From a bacterium (lineage in GTDB: Bacteria; Bacillota_I; Bacilli_A; Erysipelotrichales; Erysipelotrichaceae), in NCBI GenBank assembly GCA_963605225.1, contig CAVCUC010000001.1, positions 1 to 63,424 of the forward strand: a DNA stretch of 63,424 nucleotides, written 5' to 3'. The position numbers were made by a program, and so were the translations under genes. Below, one piece after another: positions 23,441-33,002 of the stretch (position 1 is its first letter; the number at the start of each line of letters is the position of its first letter). The notes beneath the pieces were generated by a model, which was not told the DNA's origin, searched no databases, and worked only from the letters and a program-made list of their open reading frames with translations.

Positions 23441-24802
23441 CTATTCTTCAATTCCTAAAATATATGTAACGATTGCTGCTACGACGATACATACAGCAAC
23501 ACCAGCAAACATAGCGCCAGAAGTTTGTAAGAACATAGGAGCAACAGCTAATAAGTTAGAATAACCATAAACGAATGCTTTAGCACCAAGTAATGCCGCA
23601 ACTACACCACCAGCAGCACCACCTGCCATTACACCATACATTGGTTTCTTATATTTTAAGTTACAGCCATAAATTGCAGGTTCAGTAACACCAGCTACGA
23701 TACAACCAACTGCTAGAGAAATTAATTCAGATCTTTCTTCAGCATCTTTTGTTCTAAATGCTACACCTAAGCAAGCTCCACCTTCAGCCATGTTATGCAA
23801 TACGAATGCAGGACGAATAACAGCATCATAACCAATATCATTGATATTTTGTAACATGAATGGAGAGATTGCATGGTGCATACCAGCCATGATTAACCAT
23901 GGTAAGCAAGCAGCTAATACACCAACACCTAATACTGGAACTTTGTCACCTAAGAATAGGAATACTTTACTTACATAGTCACCAACATAACGTCCAGCAG
24001 GGCCTAATACAACGAATGCTAATGCACCTGTTAACATGATTGTTAATGAGCCAACTAAGATAGACTTGAAGATACCAGGAATAATCTTATTCATTAGTTT
24101 TTCAATATAATATGCTGCAATTGGAATTAATAATGCAGGTAATAATTGTCCACTATAAGATACACCACGAATTGGTAAACCAAATACTGTTAATGCTGTT
24201 CCTTCACTTACTGCAGAAACAAATGCAGGAGTTAATAAAGCAGCTGTAACTAGCATTGCATAGATTTCTGTTCCACCAAGTTTTTTTGCTGCACCATAAG
24301 CAACGAAGATTGGCATGAAATAGAATGGAGCGTTAGCTACCCAACCAAGTACTGTAGCTGTATTAGAACCAGAGAAACTTGGCATTACATAAGGTATTAA
24401 CATGATTAATACTTTTAACATACCACCAGCTACTAAACCCGGAACAAGTGGTGTAACTGCAGCTTGTGTATATTCTAATGCTACTTGAGCAAAGTTCTTC
24501 TTTTCTTTAGGTCCATCTAGATTTTCATCAATTGTAGCACCTTGTGCGAAATGATTTTGTTTTTGAATTTCTTCAAATACAGGTAATAAGTTAGCTCCTA
24601 AAATAACTTGTAATTGTCCACCAGCATATACAACACCAAGTACACCATTAATATTCTTTAGAGCTTCTTGATCAGCTTTCTTTAAATCTTTTAAGATAAA
24701 TCTAGCTCTTGTCATACAATGAGCTACAGAATTAACATTTTCAGCACCGCCGACTTTTTCGACGATTTCTTTTGCGCAAGCAACTGCGTCAACTTTAGCC
24801 AT
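23441..24802 (-). CDS. PTS beta-glucoside/sucrose-family IIBC component
   Basis: HCMTRARF IIB motif, GMHHA, GVTEPAIYG. Confidence 0.93.
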   Translation of the reverse strand: MAKVDAVACAKEIVEKVGGAENVNSVAHCMTRARFILKDLKKADQEALKNINGVLGVVYAGGQLQVILGANLLPVFEEIQKQNHFAQGATIDENLDGPKEKKNFAQVALEYTQAAVTPLVPGLVAGGMLKVLIMLIPYVMPSFSGSNTATVLGWVANAPFYFMPIFVAYGAAKKLGGTEIYAMLVTAALLTPAFVSAVSEGTALTVFGLPIRGVSYSGQLLPALLIPIAAYYIEKLMNKIIPGIFKSILVGSLTIMLTGALAFVVLGPAGRYVGDYVSKVFLFLGDKVPVLGVGVLAACLPWLIMAGMHHAISPFMLQNINDIGYDAVIRPAFVLHNMAEGGACLGVAFRTKDAEERSELISLAVGCIVAGVTEPAIYGCNLKYKKPMYGVMAGGAAGGVVAALLGAKAFVYGYSNLLAVAPMFLQTSGAMFAGVAVCIVVAAIVTYILGIEE

Positions 24803-24819
24803 AATATAATAATCTCCTC

Positions 24820-25674
24820 TTATAAAATTCTTGTGATATGGATGATTAAATACAATTTCTCTGCAGAATCTAATTCATAGTGATAAGATTCTTTTAAATA
24901 TTTTTGTATTTCATCCAAACATTTACTAATGCGTATAAAACGTTCATCATTTTCATTAAATAACGCTGTTTCAAATGTATCTTTTGATGGTTGTTGATCA
25001 ATAATGACACGTTTCATAAAGTACTTAAGATGAATTAATAAACGACTATATCCTTGTTTACTAGGATCTAACTCAATTCCTAAAGAGTCTTCAATAATCT
25101 TTAAGATATCTTTCGTTCCTTGAACAATGACATTAATATCTTCTGCATTTTGATTGGTTGAGCCCATAATCAAGTGATATGCAATTGTTGTCGCTTCACT
25201 AGCTTCTAGATTGATATGATAAAATTCATTAATCATTTCTACTGCATGTTGTGCAACACGATATTCGTCTTGATAAAACATCCTAATTTCTTCTGAAGCT
25301 AAAGTTACTCTAGCTTCATGTTTCTTATTTTGTGTTACTGCAAAATTAATGTGATCTGCAAGTGATAATATGAGTCCATCTTTAAAATTTTGATGTAATT
25401 CTTCACTAGCATAATCAATAATTTTCTCAGTTAATTCAAAGCAATCAAATGGAATCTCTTCAAGTAATTCTTCGAAGCGATTTTTATAAGCATTATTACG
25501 TAACTCGTAGATCTTTAGAATTTTCTTTGTGTCGACTACATCATGTACATGTTTTCCAAAGCCAATTCCTGATCCCATAACAATGATTTCTTTCTTATTC
25601 GCATTTTCGCTAATCACAACATTGTTATTTAATACTTTTTTAATTACATAATACTGCTTATCCATGTCACTCAT
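24820..25674 (-). CDS. BglG/LicT-family PRD transcriptional antiterminator
   Basis: CAT RNA-binding domain (KKVLNNNVV...MGSGIGF) plus two PRDs (LADHINFA, LLIHLKY). Confidence 0.93.
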   Translation of the reverse strand: MSDMDKQYYVIKKVLNNNVVISENANKKEIIVMGSGIGFGKHVHDVVDTKKILKIYELRNNAYKNRFEELLEEIPFDCFELTEKIIDYASEELHQNFKDGLILSLADHINFAVTQNKKHEARVTLASEEIRMFYQDEYRVAQHAVEMINEFYHINLEASEATTIAYHLIMGSTNQNAEDINVIVQGTKDILKIIEDSLGIELDPSKQGYSRLLIHLKYFMKRVIIDQQPSKDTFETALFNENDERFIRISKCLDEIQKYLKESYHYELDSAEKLYLIIHITRIL

Positions 25675-25676
25675 CC

Positions 25677-27238
<1,562 letters not shown>

Positions 27239-27269
27239 AACATATATGTTTTATTTTTTGTACAGAAAA

Positions 27270-27298
27270 ATGATAGCGCATACATTTCTTTCTGTCAA
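27270..27298 (-). promoter_or_regulatory. Sigma-A promoter of the beta-glucoside operon with overlapping cre
   Basis: TTGACA-17 nt-TATCAT. A cre-like TGATAGCGCATACA at 27271-27284 overlaps the -10 box. Confidence 0.7.
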
Positions 27299-27408
27299 TC
27301 ATAAAATTAACATAGCTATTGACCGTTATTCACTAAATTCAGTTTCTTATTTTATAGTCCACGTTAGTTAACCGAAAACAAAGATGCATTTTATAGCTCC
27401 TTAAATCC

Positions 27409-27946
27409 TTAATTAATCGAAATAAATTCAGATTCAACAGAAGGAATTACTCCCTCTATCCATTGATTCAAGAAAAATCATTTTCCTTAGAAAATTCATT
27501 AATCAAATTATGACCGTGCTTTATTTCTATTTCTTCCGAAAATGCAGTATTGTTTTTTTTAATAGATATCTTTATTTTCTAAGTGAAATATAATTGCTCT
27601 TGTCACCCACATTTCATAGTTTTTATTAGAAATCGTTACTTTTTGGTGTTCATTTACCAAAGTGATTTTTCTTATTTTTTCATCAACCGGTGTATCAATT
27701 TGTTTTACATTTTCAAAAAATAAATGAATATCGTTTTGCCCAACTTTTTTAAATGTCCATAAAGCAACATCGTCAATTGAATCAAAATATAATATTGATT
27801 TTTGCTCATTTAAAAGTCCATAAATCAATAATCCCTGGCCCACTACTTGTATATTCAAATGGATCACAACGATATTTTTTGAAAAGTTTTCCAATTAATG
27901 GCTTAAACTTTGATTCTTCTAATCTAAAATCTTGTGCATTGCTCAT
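27409..27946 (-). pseudogene. Frameshifted hypothetical protein, possible orphan immunity gene
   Basis: RBS plus ATG at 27946 gives MSNAQDFRLEESKFKPLIGKLFKKYRCDPFEYTSS. Coding-like sequence continues in the 27559..27894 frame, then in shifted frames as NTAFSEEIEIKHGHNLINEF and NQWIEGVIPSVESEFISIN* ending at 27409. Confidence 0.65.
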
Positions 27947-28066
27947 TTTACTTTTATCCTTTCCTTACAACAAATATGTCATTAACATTTTTAGGTATAC
28001 CAATATTAGAAATATTCATTTCATAGACCAAAAACTAATTTTCAAATGAGCATATAAATCTGTAAT

Positions 28067-28600
28067 TCAGTTAATGATAATGGATAGTTTTTTACCGTCA
28101 AATGGATTTCCCCAACCATTTTTTTCTGTAAATTTAGAGAATGAAACGGCAGTAGGATCTGGCAATTCAATATTATTGTCTTTAAGGATTTTGGCAGCAG
28201 AACAAACCAGTTTAATACTTTCTTTTCCTTCCTCAGGTATAGACATATAAGAATATACCATTGCGATTTTCGTAGGGATAACCATTAATTTTTCCATATT
28301 TTTATCAATATCCTTCAAAAAATCAGAATAATAATTGTAATCTTGTTCTGAAAGATATTCAAACTGTGCGTCTTTATAGTTATCAAACTCATATAAATAT
28401 TCCGGAAGAATCTCCATGAATCGATAATACCATTCATCAAAATAGTCGGAAGTACATTTCCACATCCATGTAAATAAAGGTTTCCAATTCTTTTCCGGAT
28501 ATTTTGCTAGTGCATATCTTTCAGCACACATGATTGTATACGCAATTCTTCCACTTAAAGAAATATCTGAAAAATCAAAATTCATTTTAGATAACATCAT
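28067..28600 (-). CDS. Putative immunity protein for the upstream deaminase toxin
   Basis: Acidic/aromatic 177-aa soluble protein. Its ATG overlaps the toxin stop (ATGA). Function is inferred from position. Confidence 0.6.
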   Translation of the reverse strand: MMLSKMNFDFSDISLSGRIAYTIMCAERYALAKYPEKNWKPLFTWMWKCTSDYFDEWYYRFMEILPEYLYEFDNYKDAQFEYLSEQDYNYYSDFLKDIDKNMEKLMVIPTKIAMVYSYMSIPEEGKESIKLVCSAAKILKDNNIELPDPTAVSFSKFTEKNGWGNPFDGKKLSIIIN

Positions 28601-29103
28601 TTTTTACCATCCTTCCATCCCGTATAGTTTTCTTTAATTTTTCCTCTTAGAGTAAAGGTACAATTTTCACACGCTTCTTTCGGTTTCCCAAAATCGCGTT
28701 TTGTTGTATGAATTGTATACAACTTTAGATTTTTCAAATCAGCTCCATCGTTTAGAGCTTTATTAACAGCGTGCATTTCGGCACAATTACCAAGTGAGAG
28801 TCTATTTAAAGATTCTTTCGGCAATAAACCCGGGTGTATATTATCTCCAAAAAGAACTGTATTTTTCTCTTCGTGATCAATTTCAATACCGTGGTTACGC
28901 CCATTATAATACTTTCCAGTACTTTCATCATAGACAACCGTGGCAGTATTGAACTTTTCACGTTGTCTTTTAGAGATTTTGTTCAAATGCTCAGCCGTAT
29001 CCCTTGCCCAAGAAGTTATATGAGATTGCATTTGCTTTGAGGACCCTTTATATATCCTCTCGCCCTTTGTACCTAGAAATAACCCACTATATCCCTTACT
29101 CAT
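28597..29103 (-). CDS. YwqJ-like nucleic-acid deaminase toxin domain with a short Gly-rich leader
   Basis: Zn-deaminase motifs GNCAEMHAVNKAL and ACENC (CxE...CxxC); N-terminus MSKGYSGLFLGTKG. Confidence 0.78.
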   Translation of the reverse strand: MSKGYSGLFLGTKGERIYKGSSKQMQSHITSWARDTAEHLNKISKRQREKFNTATVVYDESTGKYYNGRNHGIEIDHEEKNTVLFGDNIHPGLLPKESLNRLSLGNCAEMHAVNKALNDGADLKNLKLYTIHTTKRDFGKPKEACENCTFTLRGKIKENYTGWKDGKK

Positions 29104-29821
29104 GATTTAGCCTTTCTTCATAAGCAATAGCTGTACGACTTTTGTAATCGACAATATTAATTCCTTTCTCTCGAAGAACATCAAATATAGGATAATTTGC
29201 AGAGCCATATACAAGAATGGTATGTGGATAAAGATAATCAACCATTGCTAAAATTCCCTCTTCAAAACGATTTCTATCGACCAGTTTTCTAGGGCTACCG
29301 CCGACGGTTCCTATTGCAATAACACTGTTTTTATCAATTCCATCGAAGCTATATGAATAAGTGTTTGAATAACCCCAACGGACATTATTTACAACTTCAA
29401 GTCCATTCTTTCCAATCCAATAACCAAACGCACGCATACGATATGTATTAAAACGATTAATCGGATCAGGAAAATCAACATATGTAGAATAATCAACAGT
29501 TATAATTCCTTTAAAATGTTTCAATATTTGCATAGCTCTTTTTGGGTGCCACCAAACACCAGAAACTAATCCATCAAATTTATAGTCATCAATATAGAAA
29601 CAAACAAACGCGTCCACATAGAAATCCTTTCTTTTACGGATTTTCTTTGCATATATCGTTTTTGCTTCCTCCCAAGTAATAATTTTCCTTGGAATAGAGC
29701 TGAGTATAGTCGGACAATAAGGAATATCATTTTCTTTAGAGAAAATCGCTCCATCGACCATTGTTGAATTCCATAAATCTTTCAGTCCAACACGAATCAA
29801 AGTATTGTTTTTGTTTTTCAT
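29096..29821 (-). CDS. DUF4417-family protein
   Basis: FYIDDYKF, DYSTYVDFP, NTYR, NNVRWG, SFDG, AIGTVG, ILVYG. RBS AGGAGG upstream. Confidence 0.85.
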   Translation of the reverse strand: MKNKNNTLIRVGLKDLWNSTMVDGAIFSKENDIPYCPTILSSIPRKIITWEEAKTIYAKKIRKRKDFYVDAFVCFYIDDYKFDGLVSGVWWHPKRAMQILKHFKGIITVDYSTYVDFPDPINRFNTYRMRAFGYWIGKNGLEVVNNVRWGYSNTYSYSFDGIDKNSVIAIGTVGGSPRKLVDRNRFEEGILAMVDYLYPHTILVYGSANYPIFDVLREKGINIVDYKSRTAIAYEERLNHE

Positions 29822-29850
29822 AGTTTATCATCCTCCTTTTAAACAAAAAC

Positions 29851-29863
29851 TTTATCCATTAGT
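29851..29863 (+). repeat. 13-bp direct repeat, left copy
   Basis: TTTATCCATTAGT, with an identical copy at 31764-31776. Confidence 0.6.
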
Positions 29864-29948
29864 TTTACGATTGGGAGAAGAAGTCTCTAGATGGTAAAAT
29901 TAAAATGGATTTTTACAATGTCAGTCTATTAAGAAAGCTGCGTTCTTA

Positions 29949-29990
29949 CATTGGCGCAACATTGCGAAAATATTGCAAAACATTGCAAAA
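29949..29990 (+). repeat. Helically phased short direct repeats upstream of the macrodomain gene
   Basis: CATTGGCGCAA CATTGCGAAAA TATTGCAAAA CATTGCAAAA; ATTG cores at 29950, 29961, 29972 and 29982. Confidence 0.7.
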
Positions 29991-30003
29991 AGGAGAAATA
30001 TTA

Positions 30004-31125
30004 TTGAACTACGGAAATTTTCTGAAAAGACTAAAACCCTACTGTATAAATAAATCAATAAAAAATGAAACACTTGTTAATGAACCGATAGCAATTATCA
30101 TAGAAAACGCCAGGTTAAAAAAAGAAAAAGGAACATCTAAAGGTGAAACATTTTATTATGAAACAACTGAAGCAAGTAGGATTATTAATAACCGGTTAGA
30201 ACTATCTGATAAAATTAGAAATGCTTTGGAGCTGTATAATATGGAAGAATGTATCATAAAAGAATTTGATGCATTTTATGATACGTATATAAATAAAAGT
30301 AAAGTTCATGATATGGTCGATGAGTATCTAAAAGCCATACGAAATGATTCATCTTTTCAAAAACATGAACTTGAAGATATCGAATGTTGTATAACAAAAC
30401 CAAGCTTGTTTATGGCAAAGATACTTATTAAATCTTTGAAAGAACCAAATTATATAGATAACTCTGAATATTCAACCATTTGGTCATGCAGTAATCGTTG
30501 TATCAATGTAATAAATGGAGATATTTTCACTTATGCTCTTGGAAGGCGTAGGAGAAAAAAGCGCATTGTTGTCATTCCGGTAAATACATCCTTTGATACT
30601 CATGTAACTACTAAATTAGAAAAAGAAGCAAATCCGTTAGTTTCTATCAATACTCTTCACGGAAAACTTCTGATACGGTTGTCCAAAAAAGGTTTATCAG
30701 AAGCCGAAGTTATTGAAAGAGTCAAAAATAATCTTTTGATTAATAATCTTATTTCTGAGAACAGTCAAAATTTAGCTTTACCTATAGGAACAATAGCCAC
30801 TCTAGATTTCGATGAAGCAATATTTTATTTATTAGCTATCTCAAAATTTGACGAAAACAATAATGCGCATAGTTCAAAAGAAGACATTCGAAATGCAATT
30901 CAAAATTTGATTGTTTATTATGATCAAAAAGGACAAGGATATGATTTATATCTCCCTCTCATTGGAACCGGAATGTCCAGAGCAAATTTAAGCTATCAGG
31001 AATCGTATAATCTAATCGTCAGCATCTTTTTAGAAAACAAAGATAGAATATCCGGCAAGATAAATATTGTAATTCAGCCAGAAGTAGAAGTTGTTAAAAA
31101 TCAAATTTTAGAAAGGAATAAATAA
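30004..31125 (+). CDS. Thoeris ThsA-type macrodomain (DUF6430-like) protein with a soluble N-terminal domain
   Basis: C-terminal half has INVINGDIF, VVIPVNTSFDT, TLHG, PIGTIA, FYLLAISKFD and LPLIGTGMSR. The first ~150 aa contain no hydrophobic helix. Probable start TTG 30004, 8 nt after AGGAG (ORF track start 29905). Confidence 0.8.
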   Translation: MNYGNFLKRLKPYCINKSIKNETLVNEPIAIIIENARLKKEKGTSKGETFYYETTEASRIINNRLELSDKIRNALELYNMEECIIKEFDAFYDTYINKSKVHDMVDEYLKAIRNDSSFQKHELEDIECCITKPSLFMAKILIKSLKEPNYIDNSEYSTIWSCSNRCINVINGDIFTYALGRRRRKKRIVVIPVNTSFDTHVTTKLEKEANPLVSINTLHGKLLIRLSKKGLSEAEVIERVKNNLLINNLISENSQNLALPIGTIATLDFDEAIFYLLAISKFDENNNAHSSKEDIRNAIQNLIVYYDQKGQGYDLYLPLIGTGMSRANLSYQESYNLIVSIFLENKDRISGKINIVIQPEVEVVKNQILERNK

Positions 31126-31128
31126 TAT

Positions 31129-31647
31129 ATGGGTTATTACAGAACAAGAATATATCTTGCTGCGGACTGGGATAGTGATAAAGAAGTAATCAATAAATTG
31201 AGAGAATGGAATAATAGCAACTTTTGGAATTTGAATTTTTCTGACGCTCATGATTTGACTCAATCATCAGATAACAGTTTGAATTGCACAATAAAATCTT
31301 CTCTTTCTGATAGAATGAATGCATCCAAAACGTTTGTTCTCGTTATTGGGCGAAAAACTAAGAACTTGCAATCTGGGAATTGTTACCTTTGCAGTTGGTA
31401 TAGTATACACCATCAAACATGCTTAAAAAGATTCTCAATAAGCAATAAAAGTTATATTGAATACGAATGCGATAAGGCTATTAGGGATGGGCTGAAAATA
31501 ATTGTATTATATAATTATTCTTATGTTGATAGAACTAAATGCCCTGATGCCGTAAAATACAAAGGAAAACATATTGCCGCTTACCATTGGGATAACTTTA
31601 TAAAAAAATGGAATTATTCTGAAATCAGAGATGCCATAATGTATTGA
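31129..31647 (+). CDS. Thoeris ThsB-like TIR-domain protein
   Basis: YLAADWD, FSDAHD, RMNASKTFVLVIG, SYIEYE (putative catalytic Glu), IIVLYN; starts 3 nt after the macrodomain gene. Confidence 0.82.
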   Translation: MGYYRTRIYLAADWDSDKEVINKLREWNNSNFWNLNFSDAHDLTQSSDNSLNCTIKSSLSDRMNASKTFVLVIGRKTKNLQSGNCYLCSWYSIHHQTCLKRFSISNKSYIEYECDKAIRDGLKIIVLYNYSYVDRTKCPDAVKYKGKHIAAYHWDNFIKKWNYSEIRDAIMY

Positions 31648-31763
31648 TGCAATTATAAAAACTTTTTAATTATTTTCGTTTTTATAAACCTATTGTTTGT
31701 GTATATTATATTTTTGATGAAATATTCCATTCACTCCTTGTATCTATATCAACATCCTACAGG

Positions 31764-31776
31764 TTTATCCATTAGT
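31764..31776 (+). repeat. 13-bp direct repeat, right copy
   Basis: TTTATCCATTAGT. Confidence 0.6.
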
Positions 31777-31777
31777 C

Positions 31778-31816
31778 AAAAAGAGAGTTAGATTTTATTT
31801 GCCTAATTCTCTTTTT
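31778..31816. terminator. Probable terminator downstream of the TIR gene
   Basis: AAAAAGAGAGTTAG ... CTAATTCTCTTTTT. Confidence 0.6.
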
Positions 31817-32095
31817 AGGAGGAATTTTTTGTATTATTGTCCTTGTAAACTTAGTACACTTAATATATCTTTTATTTTTTAGCTGATATCTTCAACTAAA
31901 TTCTACATTGATTACTTTATTTAACCAAATCACACACTTTGTTTTAATAATTTAGAAATACTTTCAGCACTGTATATTCTTTTCTATAATGTTTACGAAA
32001 ATGTCACTATCTGTCGAATTGAACCAAAATAGTTTTTATGACTAATCAATAGGTTCATATTGCGAACAAAAGAATCTTTACGGCAAATATAAGAT

Positions 32096-32944
32096 TTATC
32101 GAACTATTGATGGTATGTACTTATACAATGCTTTAGCTATACCATCATGTTCATTATCATCTGTTACTTCTGTAGCGATGTTTTTTACTACTTCTTGTCC
32201 ATTAGCCATAGCTACACTAATACCCGCAAACTTAAGCATAGAAATATCATTTTCCGCATCACCAAAGGCAATACATTCTTCCGGTTGAATGCCTAACTTA
32301 TCCATTGCGACTGTTAAAGCACTACCTTTATCTACTCCTTTTGCAGTAAATTCATAGTAGAAATTCGATGTAAACATCATGTTTAATTCATCTTGAAATG
32401 GTTCTGCCATTTCTTTAAAGTGGGCTTGTAGGTAATCTGAATCCCCTGCTGTAAGAATCTTATTTTGTGGACAACTTACATATTCTTCTAAATCATCTAC
32501 TTCCATTAGTTTGTAATTATTCATTCTTGATTCATATTGGATAACATTAAATTCTCTTGTACCATCTTTAATCATGCAATGATATACATCTTCTACTAAC
32601 ATATGTGTATCACTTGTCACAATTGGAATAACATTAAAATTCTTCATATGATGTAATACTCTTTTGGCAGTTTCGACAGGAAAAGTTACATCTACATACG
32701 TTTCTTTTGTTTCACAATCAATCACTTTTGCGCCATTGTAACAAACAAATAAGCCATGGTGCTTAGCCATTTCTAGTTGATCACCATATTGATATATACC
32801 TTTAGCCGGTCTACCACTTGCGATAACTAATCGTATACCTAAATCTTGTGCATCCATTAATGCTTTCTTTGTTAGTGGGGTAATTTCTTTCTTGTGATTT
32901 GTTAATGTACCATCAATATCTAATAAAATTGCTTTTATATTCAT
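32096..32944 (-). CDS. Cof-type HAD phosphatase
   Basis: DIDGTL, ASGRP, FGDAEND. Confidence 0.92.
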   Translation of the reverse strand: MNIKAILLDIDGTLTNHKKEITPLTKKALMDAQDLGIRLVIASGRPAKGIYQYGDQLEMAKHHGLFVCYNGAKVIDCETKETYVDVTFPVETAKRVLHHMKNFNVIPIVTSDTHMLVEDVYHCMIKDGTREFNVIQYESRMNNYKLMEVDDLEEYVSCPQNKILTAGDSDYLQAHFKEMAEPFQDELNMMFTSNFYYEFTAKGVDKGSALTVAMDKLGIQPEECIAFGDAENDISMLKFAGISVAMANGQEVVKNIATEVTDDNEHDGIAKALYKYIPSIVR

Positions 32945-32958
32945 TTCTTTTTTCTCCT

Positions 32959-32991
32959 AAAAAAACAATTGAAGTGTTTAATCTTCAATTG
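32959..32991 (-). terminator. Intrinsic terminator after the DUF4230 gene
   Basis: CAATTGAAG-N8-CTTCAATTG followed by a T-run on the minus strand. Confidence 0.6.
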
Positions 32992-33002
32992 CTTATATTA
33001 CA

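Noticed and set aside
27559..27894. 111-aa ORF as an intact gene
   Set aside because: Better explained as the middle frame of a frameshifted gene spanning 27409-27946.
29851..29863. DnaA box / replication origin
   Set aside because: TTATCCATT has two mismatches to TTATCCACA and there is no cluster of boxes.
29905..30003. 33-aa N-terminal extension of the macrodomain ORF
   Set aside because: No RBS at 29905, a good AGGAG precedes TTG 30004, and the segment consists largely of DNA-level repeats.
27300..32095. Prophage or complete mobile element
   Set aside because: No integrase, transposase, replication or structural genes; treated as an accessory island remnant.
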